A stretch of 64,000 bases of DNA from Methanobacteriota archaeon (GCA_016845365.1 JAERST010000003.1:8961-72960), one strand, 5' to 3'; counted from the stretch's first letter, positions 29,079-39,835 are shown. The notes: generated by a model not told the origin, from the letters alone. Translations and numbers: made by a program.

Positions 29079-29732
29079 ATGAGAGCGGTCCGGGTCGAGT
29101 GCGCTTACGCTGCTCTTGAGCACGATAATCGCGCACTCGCAGCCTTGCAGTGCATCTCTTGGGACTTCAGGTCGATGCTCGGAATGGTCGACGGAAATCT
29201 CAGGATAATGGTCGAGTGTATCACCATCGATGGTAATTGCCCGCCTCCCGGAACCTATGTCGATGGAATTCGCATCGTCGAGATTCTCGAAGAGTGGCAG
29301 TCAGACATTCTGACTCACCACCTGATAGTGATGGAATTCGCCGCCGATTTCGTCGGCCACTATTTCCACGGCGGCGACTTAGCGATCCTCGCCGGCTCGA
29401 ACTTCACGGCCAGCGGATTAGTTCTGCAAATCGCTGGCCGCCACGATGCCATGGTCAAGTTCCTCTCGGATGTTAGGTCCAAGGTGCCGGTTGAGCGCGT
29501 CACCTCGGCAAAGGGCTCGGAAGGCTTGGTGCAGAAGGGGCCGACTCTGCAACAGCACCGTGTCGTTCGCATGGCCCACGAGTGTGGCTGGTATGAGGTG
29601 CCGAAGCGAACCTCGATTCGAGAATTGGCCGACAAGCTGGGCTTGTCGAAATCGACGGTTGCAGAGCAATTGGTCAAGGCCGAGGGTGAAATCGTTGCAA
29701 GTTTCCTCGACACCTCACTTGGAAATGAGTGA
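29079..29732 (+). CDS. Bat-type (HTH_10) transcriptional regulator
   Basis: C-terminal VPKRTSIRELADKLGLSKSTVAEQLVKAEGEIV is the bacterio-opsin-activator type HTH. ATG at 29079. Confidence 0.7.
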   Translation: MRAVRVECAYAALEHDNRALAALQCISWDFRSMLGMVDGNLRIMVECITIDGNCPPPGTYVDGIRIVEILEEWQSDILTHHLIVMEFAADFVGHYFHGGDLAILAGSNFTASGLVLQIAGRHDAMVKFLSDVRSKVPVERVTSAKGSEGLVQKGPTLQQHRVVRMAHECGWYEVPKRTSIRELADKLGLSKSTVAEQLVKAEGEIVASFLDTSLGNE

Positions 29733-29781
29733 TTTTTCCGGCTGGCAGGGATGGTCGCCACCAATCGGTTGGCGCTCGGGG

Positions 29782-31050
29782 TCAGAAGGAATCTAGCCGG
29801 GTTTGTCGGATTCTTTGAGCGAACCATGAGTTGCGCAGGTCTTCGGGTGCTGAGATGCGTGGGGCGACGTGGTCGATGGCTTCCTTGAGCGAGTCGAAGC
29901 GCTTCGGAGTCTGTTTCATCGCCTCTCGAACCGTCTCTCGAATCAGCCAGACTCCGACCGGAGCCCAGTATCCTTCACCGATATCGCGCCATATCAAGCA
30001 GGCTCCGGAACGACCGATTGAGGTCATGTGTTCGAGCACACCCAAGCGTGCTGCGTAGTATGCGCCGGTAACTCGGTCGGCGTATTTTGTTCGAGGTTTC
30101 ATCTCTTCCCAATCGCCCAAAACGCGGCCTGAATCGGTCCACAGCGAGCCGCGAGTCCATGCCTCGAGCATCTGGAATGCCCAGAGGCCGGGGGTCAGAA
30201 TGATGTGGAAGCGGTTGTCGAGATAGGTGGCTTCGTAGACCAGCACTTTGTCAATCGAGGGCAAATCCCTCACCCTGCGCCACAGTCGCTTACCAAGCGT
30301 GTCATCTGTCGCTGTTATGCTCCAGCGCGTCGGGACTAGCCGACGCGCTGACTCCCGCCCAAGGATTCCAGATGAGAGCAGGCGGGAGATATGCGCCTCG
30401 CCGATGGACGAGGCGCTCAATTCATCCATTGCGACAGTTGCCAGCAAGTCGGTCTCACCTGATATTGAGTCGACCTTTCGAGGGATGCTTGGGTGGCCGA
30501 CGACCTCGGCGCGAAGCACCTCGCCCGTCGGTCCGAGAGGGGTACTCATCGAGTCGAAGGTCGGCGAGCGGCCGATGCGAATCGGGTTTGCGAAATCGAG
30601 TTCGACATCGACTGAGCGAGCGGCCATGGCAATCTCTTGAGTAGTCTCGAGCATTTGCCCCGGCCGCTGAGCCTCTTGCACTTTCATTCGCTGCCCGCCG
30701 GTAATCAAATTCGCATGACGGGCAGCCACTTCTTCGAGCGGGCGACCGAATAAATCGGCAGGATCTCCGGTCGCGCTCGGGGCAAATCCAGAATCATTCT
30801 CGAGCATCTCAGCTCCACTACCGAGTAGCTCCGCGCCACTATCTGGCAACCAACTGGCGCTCGGCCCAGCCCGCACATCAGGGTAGCCGTAGCGCCCCAC
30901 GAAGAGTTGCGGCGGGCTCGGCCCAACCATCTCACCGATAGAGGTCGGTTGAACCACGGGCAATCTGCTACGAACCTCGGCCAGCAGTGGACATGGGTCG
31001 ATTCCGCACAATCCCCGAATCCCTCGACACTCAAGACACTCGGGGAACAT
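29782..31050 (-). CDS. Archaeal Nre-family DNA repair protein
   Basis: N-terminal Cys cluster MFPECLECRGIRGLCGIDPCP, DUF650/651-like body, C-terminal PIP-like QTRLDSF. Confidence 0.8.
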   Translation of the reverse strand: MFPECLECRGIRGLCGIDPCPLLAEVRSRLPVVQPTSIGEMVGPSPPQLFVGRYGYPDVRAGPSASWLPDSGAELLGSGAEMLENDSGFAPSATGDPADLFGRPLEEVAARHANLITGGQRMKVQEAQRPGQMLETTQEIAMAARSVDVELDFANPIRIGRSPTFDSMSTPLGPTGEVLRAEVVGHPSIPRKVDSISGETDLLATVAMDELSASSIGEAHISRLLSSGILGRESARRLVPTRWSITATDDTLGKRLWRRVRDLPSIDKVLVYEATYLDNRFHIILTPGLWAFQMLEAWTRGSLWTDSGRVLGDWEEMKPRTKYADRVTGAYYAARLGVLEHMTSIGRSGACLIWRDIGEGYWAPVGVWLIRETVREAMKQTPKRFDSLKEAIDHVAPRISAPEDLRNSWFAQRIRQTRLDSF

Positions 31051-31189
31051 ACACCACGAAAGCTGAATCGAACGCTCTTAGCGATACCCTTTGCACGAAG
31101 CCGAGAATGCGGGCATTCAAAGGGGTGGAATCCCACGCGTTATCCGAAGTAGCCGAGAGGCGAGCGCAATCCAAACAGGAGGTTGGAAT

Positions 31190-31621
31190 ATGAGCAGGAT
31201 ACCAGCGGTCAAATTGCAGCAACTGATGGGGCTGGACGATTATGAATTGACTCTAGCAATCGACCGAGTGGCGACCGAGTTGGGAATGACTCCAGCCCAA
31301 GTTCAAGCCGAATTGGATAGCATCGAGGCTGGTTCTGCCAGCGGAAAAATCGACTCTGCAATCGCACCGGAAGTCGCCAAGCGTACCTCGATTTTCCGCA
31401 CCGAAGTCGAGGACCATGGCGAGGGTGCTCCAACCTACGTCACAGACACCTCGAAGTTCAGAGTCTCATATGACCCGAGCCATGAAGGCAAGAAGCGGCA
31501 AGAGCAGGTCTCGCAAGCAATCGTCTGCTCAAATTGCTCGGCCCCGCTCGGCATCCCTGACATCCGACCAATCAGAGTAGTTTGTCCATCGTGTCAGATG
31601 GAGATGACTTACGAGCGCTGA
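31190..31621 (+). CDS. Hypothetical zinc-ribbon protein
   Basis: ATG at 31190 preceded by aggaggttgg. C-terminal CSNC...CPSC four-Cys ribbon. Confidence 0.55.
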   Translation: MSRIPAVKLQQLMGLDDYELTLAIDRVATELGMTPAQVQAELDSIEAGSASGKIDSAIAPEVAKRTSIFRTEVEDHGEGAPTYVTDTSKFRVSYDPSHEGKKRQEQVSQAIVCSNCSAPLGIPDIRPIRVVCPSCQMEMTYER

Positions 31622-31626
31622 TCGCC

Positions 31627-31650
31627 GAATCGCCGCCAAAGCGGCGATTC
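31627..31650 (+). terminator. Perfect 10-bp hairpin immediately after the zinc-ribbon gene
   Basis: gaatcgccgc-caaa-gcggcgattc, starting 6 nt after the stop codon. Confidence 0.45.
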
Positions 31651-31814
31651 AGCCTCTCTGCGCTCGCTACTCCTATCCGACCTCAGTTCCGGGTAACCGG
31701 GCAGTAGTTGATCATAGGTCACGATTTGAAGGAGGAGAGTGATGGAGTCGAAGTGATCTCGTCTGTTAGTGGCGAGCGCTGTGGTATGCCGAATCTGCTG
31801 AATATTACTACGAA

Positions 31815-32993
31815 TCAAATGCCCCAATATCGGTTGCCGCCATCATCCTCAGCCTCAGCAGTAACCGATTCGATAGCAGTCCTCAGAAGATAGTAGAGGA
31901 TGATGGCGAAAATAGGGAATACCCACGTCTGGTAGACATTCCCGGCATCCAATTGGAAGTCTCCACCACCAAGCTCGGCCAAAGTCACCTCAATCACCGC
32001 CTTCGACACGGCGTAAATCACCGCCCCCAATCCAATCAACAACATCGATTGGCCGGTGAAAGAGCCTTCCTTCCAGCGTAGCACGCCCAGTGAGAGAATG
32101 AAGGAGAAAGTAGCGACCAAAATCCACGTCAAAGCCTGGTCAATTGCGATAACCCAAACAGCAATATTTCGATTGACTGAGTCGATGTCAAATGTGTCAA
32201 TTCGATTGAAAGCATCGAGAACATAAGTGTTCAATTCGGCAGTCGTTCCGTAGAAAACCGAATAGAAAGTCAGTATCGAAAACAGCACCGAAACAATCGA
32301 CAATCCCCACAATAACGAGGACCAAATTCCTCCCGTCGCGCTCTCCCGCATGTCGATCATCAGACGCTCGAGCTGCTGCTCCCAACCGAGTCCTTTTGCA
32401 AGAATCCAGATTCCAATAATCAACGGCATAGCACCGATTAGAACAGCGCCGTTGGGAAGAATCAATCCAAGCCCGAAGATGATTAGAAACAGCGCCACAG
32501 GAACGAGCAATTTTGCTCGCCAACGCGGGTCTTCGATGGCTTTGGCGATGTAATAGTAAGTGCTCTCGATACCTTTCGATTGCCGGACGATGATTTTCTC
32601 GACGTGGTCGACTCGGACTCGCGAGGTGATGATTGGAAGCGAGGCCTCGTCATCAGCACCGTCGGTGACGAGAACCGCTGTATCCGGTTGGAATTCCTGA
32701 ATCACTTCGTCGAGTTGACTGGCGATGGCGCGGTCTGAGCGGGGGCCGACGCGAACATCGCCTGTCAGAATTGCAATCTCGACCTCGTCATCTCCCTCGG
32801 TGCGCTCGGCGATTCTATCGTGATGGTGAAGCGCACCGAGAACCGCGTTCGTATCGGATTCTTCTGGGTCGGCGATACCGAGTCTGAGAGCCGCCGTCAA
32901 TGTGGCTTTGCGGCCGATGACAGGACCTCGAATTCCCGCCTTGACGCCGAGGTCATTGTCTCGGTCGACGGTAAGAACGAGTGTACGCACCAT
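31815..32993 (-). CDS. DUF373 family membrane protein
   Basis: N-terminal soluble domain MVRTLVLTVDRDNDLG...ADPEESDTNA followed by about 6 TM helices, as in archaeal DUF373. Confidence 0.75.
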   Translation of the reverse strand: MVRTLVLTVDRDNDLGVKAGIRGPVIGRKATLTAALRLGIADPEESDTNAVLGALHHHDRIAERTEGDDEVEIAILTGDVRVGPRSDRAIASQLDEVIQEFQPDTAVLVTDGADDEASLPIITSRVRVDHVEKIIVRQSKGIESTYYYIAKAIEDPRWRAKLLVPVALFLIIFGLGLILPNGAVLIGAMPLIIGIWILAKGLGWEQQLERLMIDMRESATGGIWSSLLWGLSIVSVLFSILTFYSVFYGTTAELNTYVLDAFNRIDTFDIDSVNRNIAVWVIAIDQALTWILVATFSFILSLGVLRWKEGSFTGQSMLLIGLGAVIYAVSKAVIEVTLAELGGGDFQLDAGNVYQTWVFPIFAIILYYLLRTAIESVTAEAEDDGGNRYWGI

Positions 32994-33034
32994 GTTCGCT
33001 TCCCCTGCTGCGGGGCGCAATGGGGTCTACTCCA

Positions 33035-34261
33035 TTATGAAGAATCGGCCTTATCGCTCGCTTCTGACGCACCTTCGGTGCGTTCGGCCGATTCGTCGGC
33101 GGCTTGTGCGAGACTCTCGTCTTGGTAGCGCCGCCGTTGTTTTGCTCTGAGATATTTCAGAGGATGAGTCATCCATTCCTGGTCACAAAGACGGTCGTCG
33201 CCATGGCTTACTGGGCAGCGAGCGCCGGTTTTCAGAGCCGAGCAGCCGTGTGGTGTGTATTGGCGCTCGTAGATATGGGCGACTTGGTAGGAGGTAGTTT
33301 CGGCGTTGTAATCGGGGGCGTTTTCGAAGAATGAGGCGGTGAGTTCTGGCGTGTGACCCATGGCTCTGGACATCGCTGCGAGGAAAACCCTCCCCGTGTG
33401 GTTCACGTTGATTCCTTGGGCCAGTTCTGCAACGGCTGATTCGAAGCACGGAGGCCAGTCCTCGCGGACGGCCGCCGACATCGGCATCTCGGCCGTGACG
33501 CGTTCTGAGAGCAGGCCGAGGATGCGGTCGACCGGATCGGCGAAGAGTCCTGCAAAAGCATCGTCCATCTTCGCCATCCGGTCGGCACATTCGGTTGTCA
33601 GCGATTGGCGGACGCGCTCCTTGAGCAGGCGCGCAGTCCGCTGTTGGCTGGTCTCGCCGCTGGCTGGATCCATGCGGACCCAGCCAGCTTCGACCGGGCG
33701 GTTGACGAGTCTCCAATATTTGCCCGTTATTTTTGGGCAGAGTTCGAGGAAATCGACCATCGGCACGTGGTAGACAATCTCGGTCGTGCCGGGCATCGCC
33801 TCGCTGCGAATATCGGAGAGATAAGTGCGGGCGATGGTGTCAAAATTCGGGCTGTCGATGCCGAATAATTGGTCAGCCCGACTGGCTTCTCCTTCGACCC
33901 AGCGGTTGAGCAAGCGGTCTTCGAAGGAGGCGCAGACGACGAGCATCGCGTGTAGGAAGGATAGCGCCTCGGTCATTCGACCGACGTCTGAGGAGATATC
34001 GACCGTGGTCGCCGAATCGACGCCTTCGCTGTGAACTACCGATTCGACCAAACGCAGACTGCCCCGTCGGCGGATGTCTTCCATCCAAGGTTCTTCGATG
34101 AGTCCTTCGACGGTGATTCCGTTATCGCTGAGTTGGGCGCGAATGTAGTCGCGACTCTGCGGTAAGAAGGGGTAACGAGCCAGTACCGACTCATCTTCGA
34201 TGACCGGCGGAGTGAGCGGCATCGGCATAGTGAGTGACAATGTGTCGAGAGGGTATTTCAA
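33035..34261 (-). CDS. priL: DNA primase large subunit PriL
   Basis: 408 aa. C-terminal Fe-S Cys cluster region (WPPCF..., HGCSALKTGARCPVSHGDDRLCDQEW). Adjacent to other replication genes. Confidence 0.8.
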   Translation of the reverse strand: MKYPLDTLSLTMPMPLTPPVIEDESVLARYPFLPQSRDYIRAQLSDNGITVEGLIEEPWMEDIRRRGSLRLVESVVHSEGVDSATTVDISSDVGRMTEALSFLHAMLVVCASFEDRLLNRWVEGEASRADQLFGIDSPNFDTIARTYLSDIRSEAMPGTTEIVYHVPMVDFLELCPKITGKYWRLVNRPVEAGWVRMDPASGETSQQRTARLLKERVRQSLTTECADRMAKMDDAFAGLFADPVDRILGLLSERVTAEMPMSAAVREDWPPCFESAVAELAQGINVNHTGRVFLAAMSRAMGHTPELTASFFENAPDYNAETTSYQVAHIYERQYTPHGCSALKTGARCPVSHGDDRLCDQEWMTHPLKYLRAKQRRRYQDESLAQAADESAERTEGASEASDKADSS

Positions 34262-34295
34262 GACTCACCGAATCCTTCCACTGGAGAGGTCTCGC

Positions 34296-35054
34296 ATGAA
34301 CGGCAAACCCACCGACCTCACCGCGGTCGATGAGCGCTTGCTGGATTTGCAAGATGAGGTGCGGGCACACTTCGGTTGGGGGCTTTCTGCTGATGTCGAA
34401 AGTGCTCGCGATTTGATAGTGGCCGTCGAGGAAAGCGAGGTCGAATCGTGGTCGCGTGCGCGGCGAGCCCAAACCCTCGCTTCGCTGCACCGAAGGCTTG
34501 TTTTGCGCGAGTCTGAGGTGGCGGTTCTGGGGGCGGCGATAACCTCAGCCGAGGTCGAAAAAGCACTCTCGCGCAATGCCCGAATCATCGCCGCAGATGG
34601 TTCGTGCGGGGTGCTCGATACCCTACCCGACTCGATGTCCGAGCGCGCTTGGTCGCGCTTGGTCTGTGTTGTGAGTGATGCTGACGGCGGCGTGGGCACC
34701 GTCGCCGCCGTAAAGCGCGGGATTCCAATTATCCTCCACGCGCACGGTGACAATACCGATGCTTGGGGCGAGCTGCTCGCACTTGCCAGCGCTCGCCGCA
34801 CCCCACCACCACTAGTCTTGACTCATCAGACGCCCGAGCCAATCGATGGCATGCATAATCCCGGCGGGTTCACCGATGGGGATCGGGCGGTCTGCTTCGC
34901 TCGCGCTCTCGGAGTTCCGCGCGAGCGCATCAAACTCCTCGGTACGCGCACCGATGCAGTCGGAGAATGGTCGGGCGCGACCGACCCCGAGCGCAAGCTC
35001 GTCAAATTGCAGTGGATGGCAAAGGTGCTCCAACACCTTGGCTTCCTTGTGTGA
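34296..35054 (+). CDS. MptE-like (DUF115) 6-hydroxymethylpterin diphosphokinase family protein
   Basis: IIAADGSCG, VVSDADGG, ILHAHGDN, THQ...NPGGFTDGDRA motifs. ATG at 34296 preceded by ggagaggt. Confidence 0.7.
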   Translation: MNGKPTDLTAVDERLLDLQDEVRAHFGWGLSADVESARDLIVAVEESEVESWSRARRAQTLASLHRRLVLRESEVAVLGAAITSAEVEKALSRNARIIAADGSCGVLDTLPDSMSERAWSRLVCVVSDADGGVGTVAAVKRGIPIILHAHGDNTDAWGELLALASARRTPPPLVLTHQTPEPIDGMHNPGGFTDGDRAVCFARALGVPRERIKLLGTRTDAVGEWSGATDPERKLVKLQWMAKVLQHLGFLV

Positions 35055-35141
35055 CGGCGCATTCAAGTCCAATAATCAAGCCTCTGAATGACACTGTCTC
35101 GGCTTCGATAAACAAGCGACTGCGCCGCTATTCAATCAAAA

Positions 35142-38100
35142 TCAAAGAAAGTCGCTCAGCGTCATGACGACGACGGTATCGTCGTTGAATAGAGAATCGA
35201 CGCTGTCAGAAAGCCAGTCGACCCGTTGTTGAGTATAGAGGTCGACCCCGTAGTTTTCGATGACGTGGCGGGTGACTTGGATGTATTTTCGGACGGAGCC
35301 TTCGGAGACCGTGAGAACGACGTTGCCCCCGCACATGCTGGACGTATCATCGCGCCCATTCGAAAGGCCTCCCTCGTTCTGCTTGCGCTGAATGCACCGC
35401 CCTGCCAATGGCATGCGGCGATAGGACTCGCCGCAGCGAACACAGCGAACTTTCTGCCGAGTGAAGGCGACGAGGTTGCCACGCAGGTCAGGCAGGAAGT
35501 GAGATTCGATGACCTGACTGGCAACCCTCGAGACATCGACGGCGCGCAGGCGGCTACCCAATGCTAACTGCGCGCTCATCTTGTCTACCATCGTCTCCAA
35601 TGTCTTGTAGGAAGAGTTGGCCGGCCCGGCGTCGAGTGGACCGGAATCGTGTGTCCAACCATAGCCGCGCAGGTCGCCGATTGTGCCCAAGCGGTGTTCG
35701 ACAATTTCGATGTCCGACTTGAGGTGAGCCGGGTGTGGCTGCTCGAGCGTGGCCTCGTAGAAGGCTCGCGGATATTGCCATGAGCAGTCGACGTTGAGAG
35801 CTTCTTTGTCGATTTCAGACGGGTTGAGTTGGGTGGTCAAAACCAGTGGTGCATCCATTCTCCCTCCGCGGTTGGCTGGCAGGATCGAGCGTGAGAAATT
35901 GAGGAGTCCATCCATGAGCATCATGATGCTGTCTTCGTCACCGTCACAGTTGCGACGTTTTGCTGCATGGAATAGCGGATGGGCGTAGCCGGCGGAGGCG
36001 TCGGTCCAACCTACGATGCGGCAGAGCACTCCGCCGGAGGTGTGTGGTGCGAGTCCGATTGCGAGGTGGCCGACGAGGTCGTTGGCGGTTTGGATATTGT
36101 AGAATGGTTCCATGCCGTAGAATCGAGTTAGCAATTCGTCGACATAATCGCAGGTGCCTTTGAGGTGGTCGATCGCGAGGGTTGAGGGGATGAAATCCTG
36201 AGGGTATAATTCGAGGATTTGCTCATCGTTGGCGAGAGGATTTCCGTCGACATCGTGGCTGTATCCTAGCTCTGCGAGGGTCTGCCACGGGGTGTTGATT
36301 TCCGAGGGTCTGAAATGGGTTACCGGCACGTCGATCATATCGTATCTGGCGGTTCCGTCTCTGAATACTGAGATTTCGTGACGGGCTCGCAGTATGCCTT
36401 TTTCGAGCGGTTCTGGGGTTTGATTATAGGACATCAACCCCTTCACTGCCTTGATTCTTTCAGGGAGTCGGTCGAGCCCGAGTGAGCGTCGCTTGACCTC
36501 CATCAGGGCGGCCACGGGGATGCTGGTTCTTTGGCCGAGTCTGCGCGGTGTTCTATTGCCTCGGGGTGGGCGTGGGCGAGTCTTGCCGCCGCACTCCTCG
36601 GCTACTGCTGGGTCGGGTCGGTTATGGCAGCGCAGCATTGGTGATTCCATGCCACATTTTGCGCAGATTCGCGGTCCGGTATCGACTCTGACTCTGCCGC
36701 GGGAAGCTGCGTGGCCGAGCAGGCGCTGAGGTCCACCGTGGTCGCCGATTGGGAATAGTGAGTGGACGAGTGGCTTCATCTCGCGCCTGCTGGCTTTCTC
36801 TGGTCGGCCCATCCTCGAGCCGATTCTGCATGAGACCGCATCTTCCCATCGCAACTCGGAGAGGCGTCGAACGAGCCACAGGTTTCGGTCGACTTCGTGG
36901 TCGTCGAGGATGTGGCGGGCCGCCATCAATTCCTTGTAATTCGGCGGTCCAGGGTCTTCGATTTTTAAGGCGGCTTCATCACCAGCCGCTTCGGTCTCAG
37001 CGATGCTCATTCCGCGCTGGCGGGCGGCGGTTTGGGCGCGGACACGCTCGACATTGCGCGCCGCCTCAATCTCTGACAGGCGCGAATCCTCTGCACGAAT
37101 CGTATCGGTGGCGGTTCGAATGCGCGCAACTCTGTCGGCAACATGTGGTCCGGCATCGACTTTCATTCGCAATTTTGAACCGTCGAGTTCGAGGCCGAGG
37201 CCATCGATTAGCGGCTCCCAATGGCTCGGTATGATGATGTCGCCGCGCTTGTGATGGTGTTGAATTCCGAGAACCAGAAGCGAGGATTTGACCACGCCGT
37301 GGCGCTGTACTTCGGTCCAGCGTGGCCAATCTCCAGTCGATGGAGTGTCCAGGCCAACATCCTCGAGATGTTGGTCGGGAGACCAATTCTTGACGACTGA
37401 AGGAATTCTCAATCCTCGACTTTCGACCTTGGCGGTCAACAAGGCTTCAATCAATTGAGGAGTGAATGAGAGTGGTAGATCGGACCACCACGGATTGAAT
37501 GGAGGCGGTGGGGCGGTCCCGAAGGACAGGCAGATTGCTCGAACCTGTTCCCAATTTAGGTCGAGGTTGCGCAGAAACCGATTCCAATCGCGCCGTCGGC
37601 GTGTGCGTTCAATTGCAGGTTCCCCGCCTCTACTTACCGCCCCATTGAACGGTAGGCCGGGCGGTAAGTGCTCGCGCGCAATACCCAATATTTGCGCGAG
37701 CGCCTCGACTTTAGCCGGCAGGTCGAGCGATTCGGCGAGGTCAGCCGCCCACCAATCTCGATTGTAGGGCGAGGGAACGAGATTCTTGTTATTCTCAAGG
37801 AATTCGCCGAATCCAACGAGCATTTCGCCGCTATCCCACAGTGAGATGACACGGTCGCTGACATCTCGCCATTCCTCGACCGTATCGATTCGGTGGAAGC
37901 CACCATCATCGAGCAAAACACTCGGCCCTTCGATATCCACCGAGGGCGTAACCGCGGCCGCCTTCCCCGGCCGCTCGGTCTTCATTTGCGTTCCAATCGC
38001 CAAGAATGATCCCATCGCTTCCATCGAAACGGGATTGATTCCAGCAGCAGCCAATCCCGAGGCTCGGCTGCGTCCGTAGCGCAGCCGGAAAGCGCCCGGT

Positions 38101-39110
38101 TCACACGGCTCACCAAAGACCGGGCGCCCAGCGATGACATCGTCGAGAAAACGGTCATCGCGCTTGATAATCCGACGTTTGAACGTGGAATCGGCGTCCT
38201 TTGACTTGCCTTTTGAGGCGAAGTGAGCGATGAATTCCCAGCCTGGAATTTGCAATCTTTCGGTGTGTTTTTGGATTTTCGGAGCCTTCAGACAAAGCCC
38301 CTCTCCAATGACCAACATCACGCCACCGCGGACTCGCGCTCCCTCGATATTCCGCACTTCTTTGTAGCCCGAGCACTCGATTTGCTCGGTCGCCTCGCCG
38401 TTGATCATCACAGGGCAGGCGCGGACGATGATCTCGATTTCCTCGGGCGGCGGCTTGTACTGCAGACCGGCTCGATACAAGCCGAACTCCTCCTTGACGC
38501 GCTCTACTTCGGGCGTCGTTGGAATGTAGCGATTTAGCCCGAGCTCTCGGCGGACCATATCTCCGATGAGCACGCCGAGAGCCTGTGCGGTCCCTCCCGC
38601 TGCACGGATTGGACCGCAGAATTCGATTGAAAGGAATTCACTCCCATCCTCATTATTGAGAATCTTCACGTCGCCAATGCCTTCGAGAGGTGCGACGAGA
38701 ACGGCCTCGGTTAGGACAGCCAATCCTACTCGCAGACCGGTATCGATTGAACGTCGCACGTCCGCAGTCAACGCATGCATACGTTTGGCGACCTCGACCG
38801 CGCTCTGAATTGAGGCAGTCTCGCGGTCGACGCGTTTCAGCAATTTTCGCAAATCATCTTCGATTCGAATTGGCTCTTGATCAGGTTCTGGACGAAGGTA
38901 TTCTTCGAGCAATTTTTCGGTTCGGCTCGCAAGGTCAGCCGCTCGTGGAATCTCCACTGTATCGGCAAAATCCAGACCCTTCGAGCGAGCCTCACCCGCT
39001 ATCTGGTAAGCATGCTCGGTGCGCTCTTCGAGCCAGCGGCTGTAAGACTCCATTTCGCTGGTGAGACGAGTCTCATCGACCACCACCTCAGGACTGTCTC
39101 CTCCGACCAT
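35142..39110 (-). CDS. DNA polymerase D (Pol II) large catalytic subunit DP2
   Basis: 1322 aa. Archaea-specific DP2 with the double-psi-barrel region and Zn-finger Cys clusters (CAKCG...CHN, CVRCGESYRRMPLAGRC). Confidence 0.95.
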   Translation of the reverse strand: MVGGDSPEVVVDETRLTSEMESYSRWLEERTEHAYQIAGEARSKGLDFADTVEIPRAADLASRTEKLLEEYLRPEPDQEPIRIEDDLRKLLKRVDRETASIQSAVEVAKRMHALTADVRRSIDTGLRVGLAVLTEAVLVAPLEGIGDVKILNNEDGSEFLSIEFCGPIRAAGGTAQALGVLIGDMVRRELGLNRYIPTTPEVERVKEEFGLYRAGLQYKPPPEEIEIIVRACPVMINGEATEQIECSGYKEVRNIEGARVRGGVMLVIGEGLCLKAPKIQKHTERLQIPGWEFIAHFASKGKSKDADSTFKRRIIKRDDRFLDDVIAGRPVFGEPCEPGAFRLRYGRSRASGLAAAGINPVSMEAMGSFLAIGTQMKTERPGKAAAVTPSVDIEGPSVLLDDGGFHRIDTVEEWRDVSDRVISLWDSGEMLVGFGEFLENNKNLVPSPYNRDWWAADLAESLDLPAKVEALAQILGIAREHLPPGLPFNGAVSRGGEPAIERTRRRRDWNRFLRNLDLNWEQVRAICLSFGTAPPPPFNPWWSDLPLSFTPQLIEALLTAKVESRGLRIPSVVKNWSPDQHLEDVGLDTPSTGDWPRWTEVQRHGVVKSSLLVLGIQHHHKRGDIIIPSHWEPLIDGLGLELDGSKLRMKVDAGPHVADRVARIRTATDTIRAEDSRLSEIEAARNVERVRAQTAARQRGMSIAETEAAGDEAALKIEDPGPPNYKELMAARHILDDHEVDRNLWLVRRLSELRWEDAVSCRIGSRMGRPEKASRREMKPLVHSLFPIGDHGGPQRLLGHAASRGRVRVDTGPRICAKCGMESPMLRCHNRPDPAVAEECGGKTRPRPPRGNRTPRRLGQRTSIPVAALMEVKRRSLGLDRLPERIKAVKGLMSYNQTPEPLEKGILRARHEISVFRDGTARYDMIDVPVTHFRPSEINTPWQTLAELGYSHDVDGNPLANDEQILELYPQDFIPSTLAIDHLKGTCDYVDELLTRFYGMEPFYNIQTANDLVGHLAIGLAPHTSGGVLCRIVGWTDASAGYAHPLFHAAKRRNCDGDEDSIMMLMDGLLNFSRSILPANRGGRMDAPLVLTTQLNPSEIDKEALNVDCSWQYPRAFYEATLEQPHPAHLKSDIEIVEHRLGTIGDLRGYGWTHDSGPLDAGPANSSYKTLETMVDKMSAQLALGSRLRAVDVSRVASQVIESHFLPDLRGNLVAFTRQKVRCVRCGESYRRMPLAGRCIQRKQNEGGLSNGRDDTSSMCGGNVVLTVSEGSVRKYIQVTRHVIENYGVDLYTQQRVDWLSDSVDSLFNDDTVVVMTLSDFL

Positions 39111-39250
39111 ATCTCATACGCTCCGCCGTGCGACATCCGACCACCGCACGCGGCCGTCCAAGAACATTCACTGTGTTCTCGCTGCCGACCCTGCTTCCGC
39201 GTGCGAACCTTCATCCGGTTCCCGCCGAGCCGAAATGGATGGGAAGAGAC

Positions 39251-39835
39251 ATGTCGACCACGGTTGCCCAAGCCAAGCAACGCCTCATCGAGTGTGTGCG
39301 CGAACTCGCCTACCTCCACTCCCCTGACGAACTCTTCACACTCGCCAGCGGACGGCAAAGTCCCCATTTCTTCGATATGAAGCCGGTGATGATGAATCCC
39401 GAGTGCGCCCACTTAATCGGTGTACTGCTCCATGCTGAGGTCGATGCACTCGGCGGTATCGATGCCGTCGGCGGACTCGAACTTGGTGCGGTCCCGCTCG
39501 CCGGCATCGCCATCGCGAAGGCCGGCAAAGGCTCGACGCTTCGCGGCTTCATGGTCCGCAAAGAAGCCAAAGGCCGCGGCGGGCGCAAGACCGGGAATCC
39601 ACCAGGAGTAGAGGGTTCGACCTTGAGGGCGGGCGACCGAGTCGTTCTGCTAGAGGATGTGACGACCACCGGCGGCTCGGCTCTGAAAGCGGCTACGCGA
39701 CTGACCGATATGGGCTGCGAAGTAGTCGCTTGCATCACCATCCTCGACCGCGAAGAGGGTGGGCAGGAAGCATTTGCCGAGGCGGGGGTCAAACTTCTGC
39801 CGTTGATTGTCCGCTCGGACGTGACCGGTGAGTGA
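39251..39835 (+). CDS. pyrE: Orotate phosphoribosyltransferase
   Basis: FTLASGRQSPHFFD and PRPP motif VVLLEDVTTTGGSAL. ATG at 39251. Confidence 0.9.
   Translation: MSTTVAQAKQRLIECVRELAYLHSPDELFTLASGRQSPHFFDMKPVMMNPECAHLIGVLLHAEVDALGGIDAVGGLELGAVPLAGIAIAKAGKGSTLRGFMVRKEAKGRGGRKTGNPPGVEGSTLRAGDRVVLLEDVTTTGGSALKAATRLTDMGCEVVACITILDREEGGQEAFAEAGVKLLPLIVRSDVTGE

Noticed and set aside
35142-39110. A possible intein in the long (1322 aa) PolD DP2.
   Set aside because: I saw no intein block signatures: no Cys/Ser-initiated insertion ending in HN followed by Cys/Ser/Thr, and no LAGLIDADG. The length is within the range I recall for DP2. An alignment would be needed to be certain.
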